From Octopus sinensis (lineage: Eukaryota): 64,000 nucleotides of DNA. Location of the stretch: positions 13,082,001 to 13,146,000 of the forward strand of contig NC_043020.1 in assembly GCF_006345805.1 (NCBI RefSeq), given 5' to 3'. Both the position numbers and the translations under genes were made by a program. Under the pieces are notes generated by a model. The model saw only the letters and a list, made by a program, of their open reading frames with translations. It did not search any database and had not been told where the DNA came from. Below, piece after piece: positions 62,550-64,000 of this stretch (position 1 is its first letter; the number at the start of each line of letters is the position of its first letter).

Positions 62550-63435
62550 TTGCAGACATGACTGTGTGATTAAGAAGCTTGCTTCCCAACCACATGGTTC
62601 TGGGTTCAGTCTCACTGCATGGCACCTTGAGCAAGTGTCTTCAACTCTAGCCTTGGGCTGACCAAAGCCTTGTGAGTGAATTTGGCTGATAAAAACTGAA
62701 AGAAGCCTGTTGTCTCTATCTATATCTATGTCTGTCTATCTCTGTCTCTTTCTATCTCTGTCTGTCTCTCTATCTGTTGTCTCTCTATCTATGTCTCTCT
62801 GTCTGTCTGTCTCTCTCTATATATCTCTCTCTGTCTGTCTCTCTATCTATGTCTCTCTGTCTATCTCTTTGTCTCTCTATCTATGTCTCTGTCTGTGTCT
62901 CTCTCTCTCTATCTATCTCTGTCTCTCTCTCTCTATCTATCTCTGTCTCTCTCTGTCTGTCTCTCTATGTCTCTCGCTCTGTCTGTCTTTCAATCTATGT
63001 GTCTCTGTCTCTCAATCTATGTCTCTCTGTCTGTCTCTCTATCTATGTCTCTGTCTCTATCTCTCTGTCTGTCTCTGTCCGTCTGTCTGTCTCTGTCCAT
63101 CTCTGTCTGTATCTTTCCATCTCTGTCTGTTTATCTCTCTCTCTCTCTGTTTCTCTGTCTGTCTATCTCTCTCTCTCTCTATTTCTCTGTCGGCCTGTGT
63201 CTGTTTCTCTGTCTGTCTGTGTGTTTTTGTGTCTGCGGTTGTTGCCCACCACCACTTGACAACTGGTGTTGGTACATTTACGTCACCGTAAGCTAGCAGT
63301 TCAGCAAAAGAGACTGATAAGTAGCAGGACCTTAATAAAATAAGTCCTGGGGTCAATTTGTCCAGCTAAAAACCCTTCAAGGTTGTGCCCCAACTTGGCC
63401 ACAGTCAAATGACTGAAACAGATAAAAGGTAACAG
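62550..63435 (+). mobile_element. SINE A with ~520-bp degenerate (CT/GT) expansion in its microsatellite slot
   Basis: Head/body to GAAGCCTG (~62708), expansion to ~63230, then ACTTGACAACTG...GACTGAAACAG tail. Confidence 0.85.
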
Positions 63436-63661
63436 AACAAGAGATGTGTGTGAGGTCTGAATGTGAGGCTGCACGTGTAGGTGTGAGACTTGACCACAGG
63501 CCCCTCTGTGCAGATTTTTGCTAGGGTTACCATTTTCTTTGCATTCCTCAATAGGTAACAACTGGGGTTAGTTCAGCTGCTTTGACCTCAACTCCTATAA
63601 ATTTTCCCTCATGTCAGAGTAGAGAAGGAAAATCATCCATTTGTTGAATATCTTTAAATTA

Positions 63662-63790
63662 TAGGTGCAGATGTGCTCCACAACCACATGGATCTGGGTT
63701 CAGTCCCACTGTGTGACACATTGGGCAAATGTCTTCTGTTATAGCCTTGAGTGGATTTTGTAGATGGAAACTGAAAGAAGCCCACCATAC
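63662..63790 (+). mobile_element. SINE A 5' fragment
   Basis: GGGTTCAGTCCCACTG...GAAACTGAAAGAAGCCC. Confidence 0.75.
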
Positions 63791-64000
63791 ATATAATTTG
63801 AATAATTTAATTGAAAATGAAGGTTGTGTCAAACCATGCAAACGAACTTTCGCTGCAGGGTTTATTTGTTTATCTCTTTTATTCTATTACGTGTGTGTAT
63901 GTGTATATATATGTGTGTGTGTGTGTATATATATATACCTGAGCACCATACTAATACAATTGTTTGTTTGTACTCCACCTGTCTTCGTATTTTGTTTTTT

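Overview
AT-rich, repeat-saturated animal genomic DNA. The SINE, RTE and microsatellite content suggests a cephalopod, probably Octopus (inference). The only host gene I can support is the first coding exon of a GOPC/PIST orthologue (24310-24522, +). It ends in a GT donor, and I found no recognisable exon 2 in the remaining ~39 kb. The rest of the window is mobile or repetitive: (i) several tRNA-headed SINE families, which I label A, C/C', and H1/H2 bodies with tails T1-T5; (ii) 5'-truncated RTE LINEs, one ending in three C2H2 fingers; (iii) an R4/Dong-like REL-endonuclease LINE remnant; (iv) Penelope-like (PLE) RT/GIY-YIG remnants; (v) non-autonomous Helitrons; (vi) a piggyBac deletion derivative with matching MITEs; (vii) a MITE with telomere-like internal repeats; (viii) large microsatellites. 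Two patterns stand out. First, five sequence-unrelated hammerhead-ribozyme-like motifs occur, most in short modules embedded in (TA)n. One has a canonical core and a ~97-nt hairpin stem II, and two carry a U3-A8 core where C3-G8 is canonical. Second, head-to-tail SINE-C multimers reuse the same two junction types at five separate loci. All assignments are by eye, without database searches or folding software. Repeat boundaries are approximate unless a TSD or TIR is quoted.
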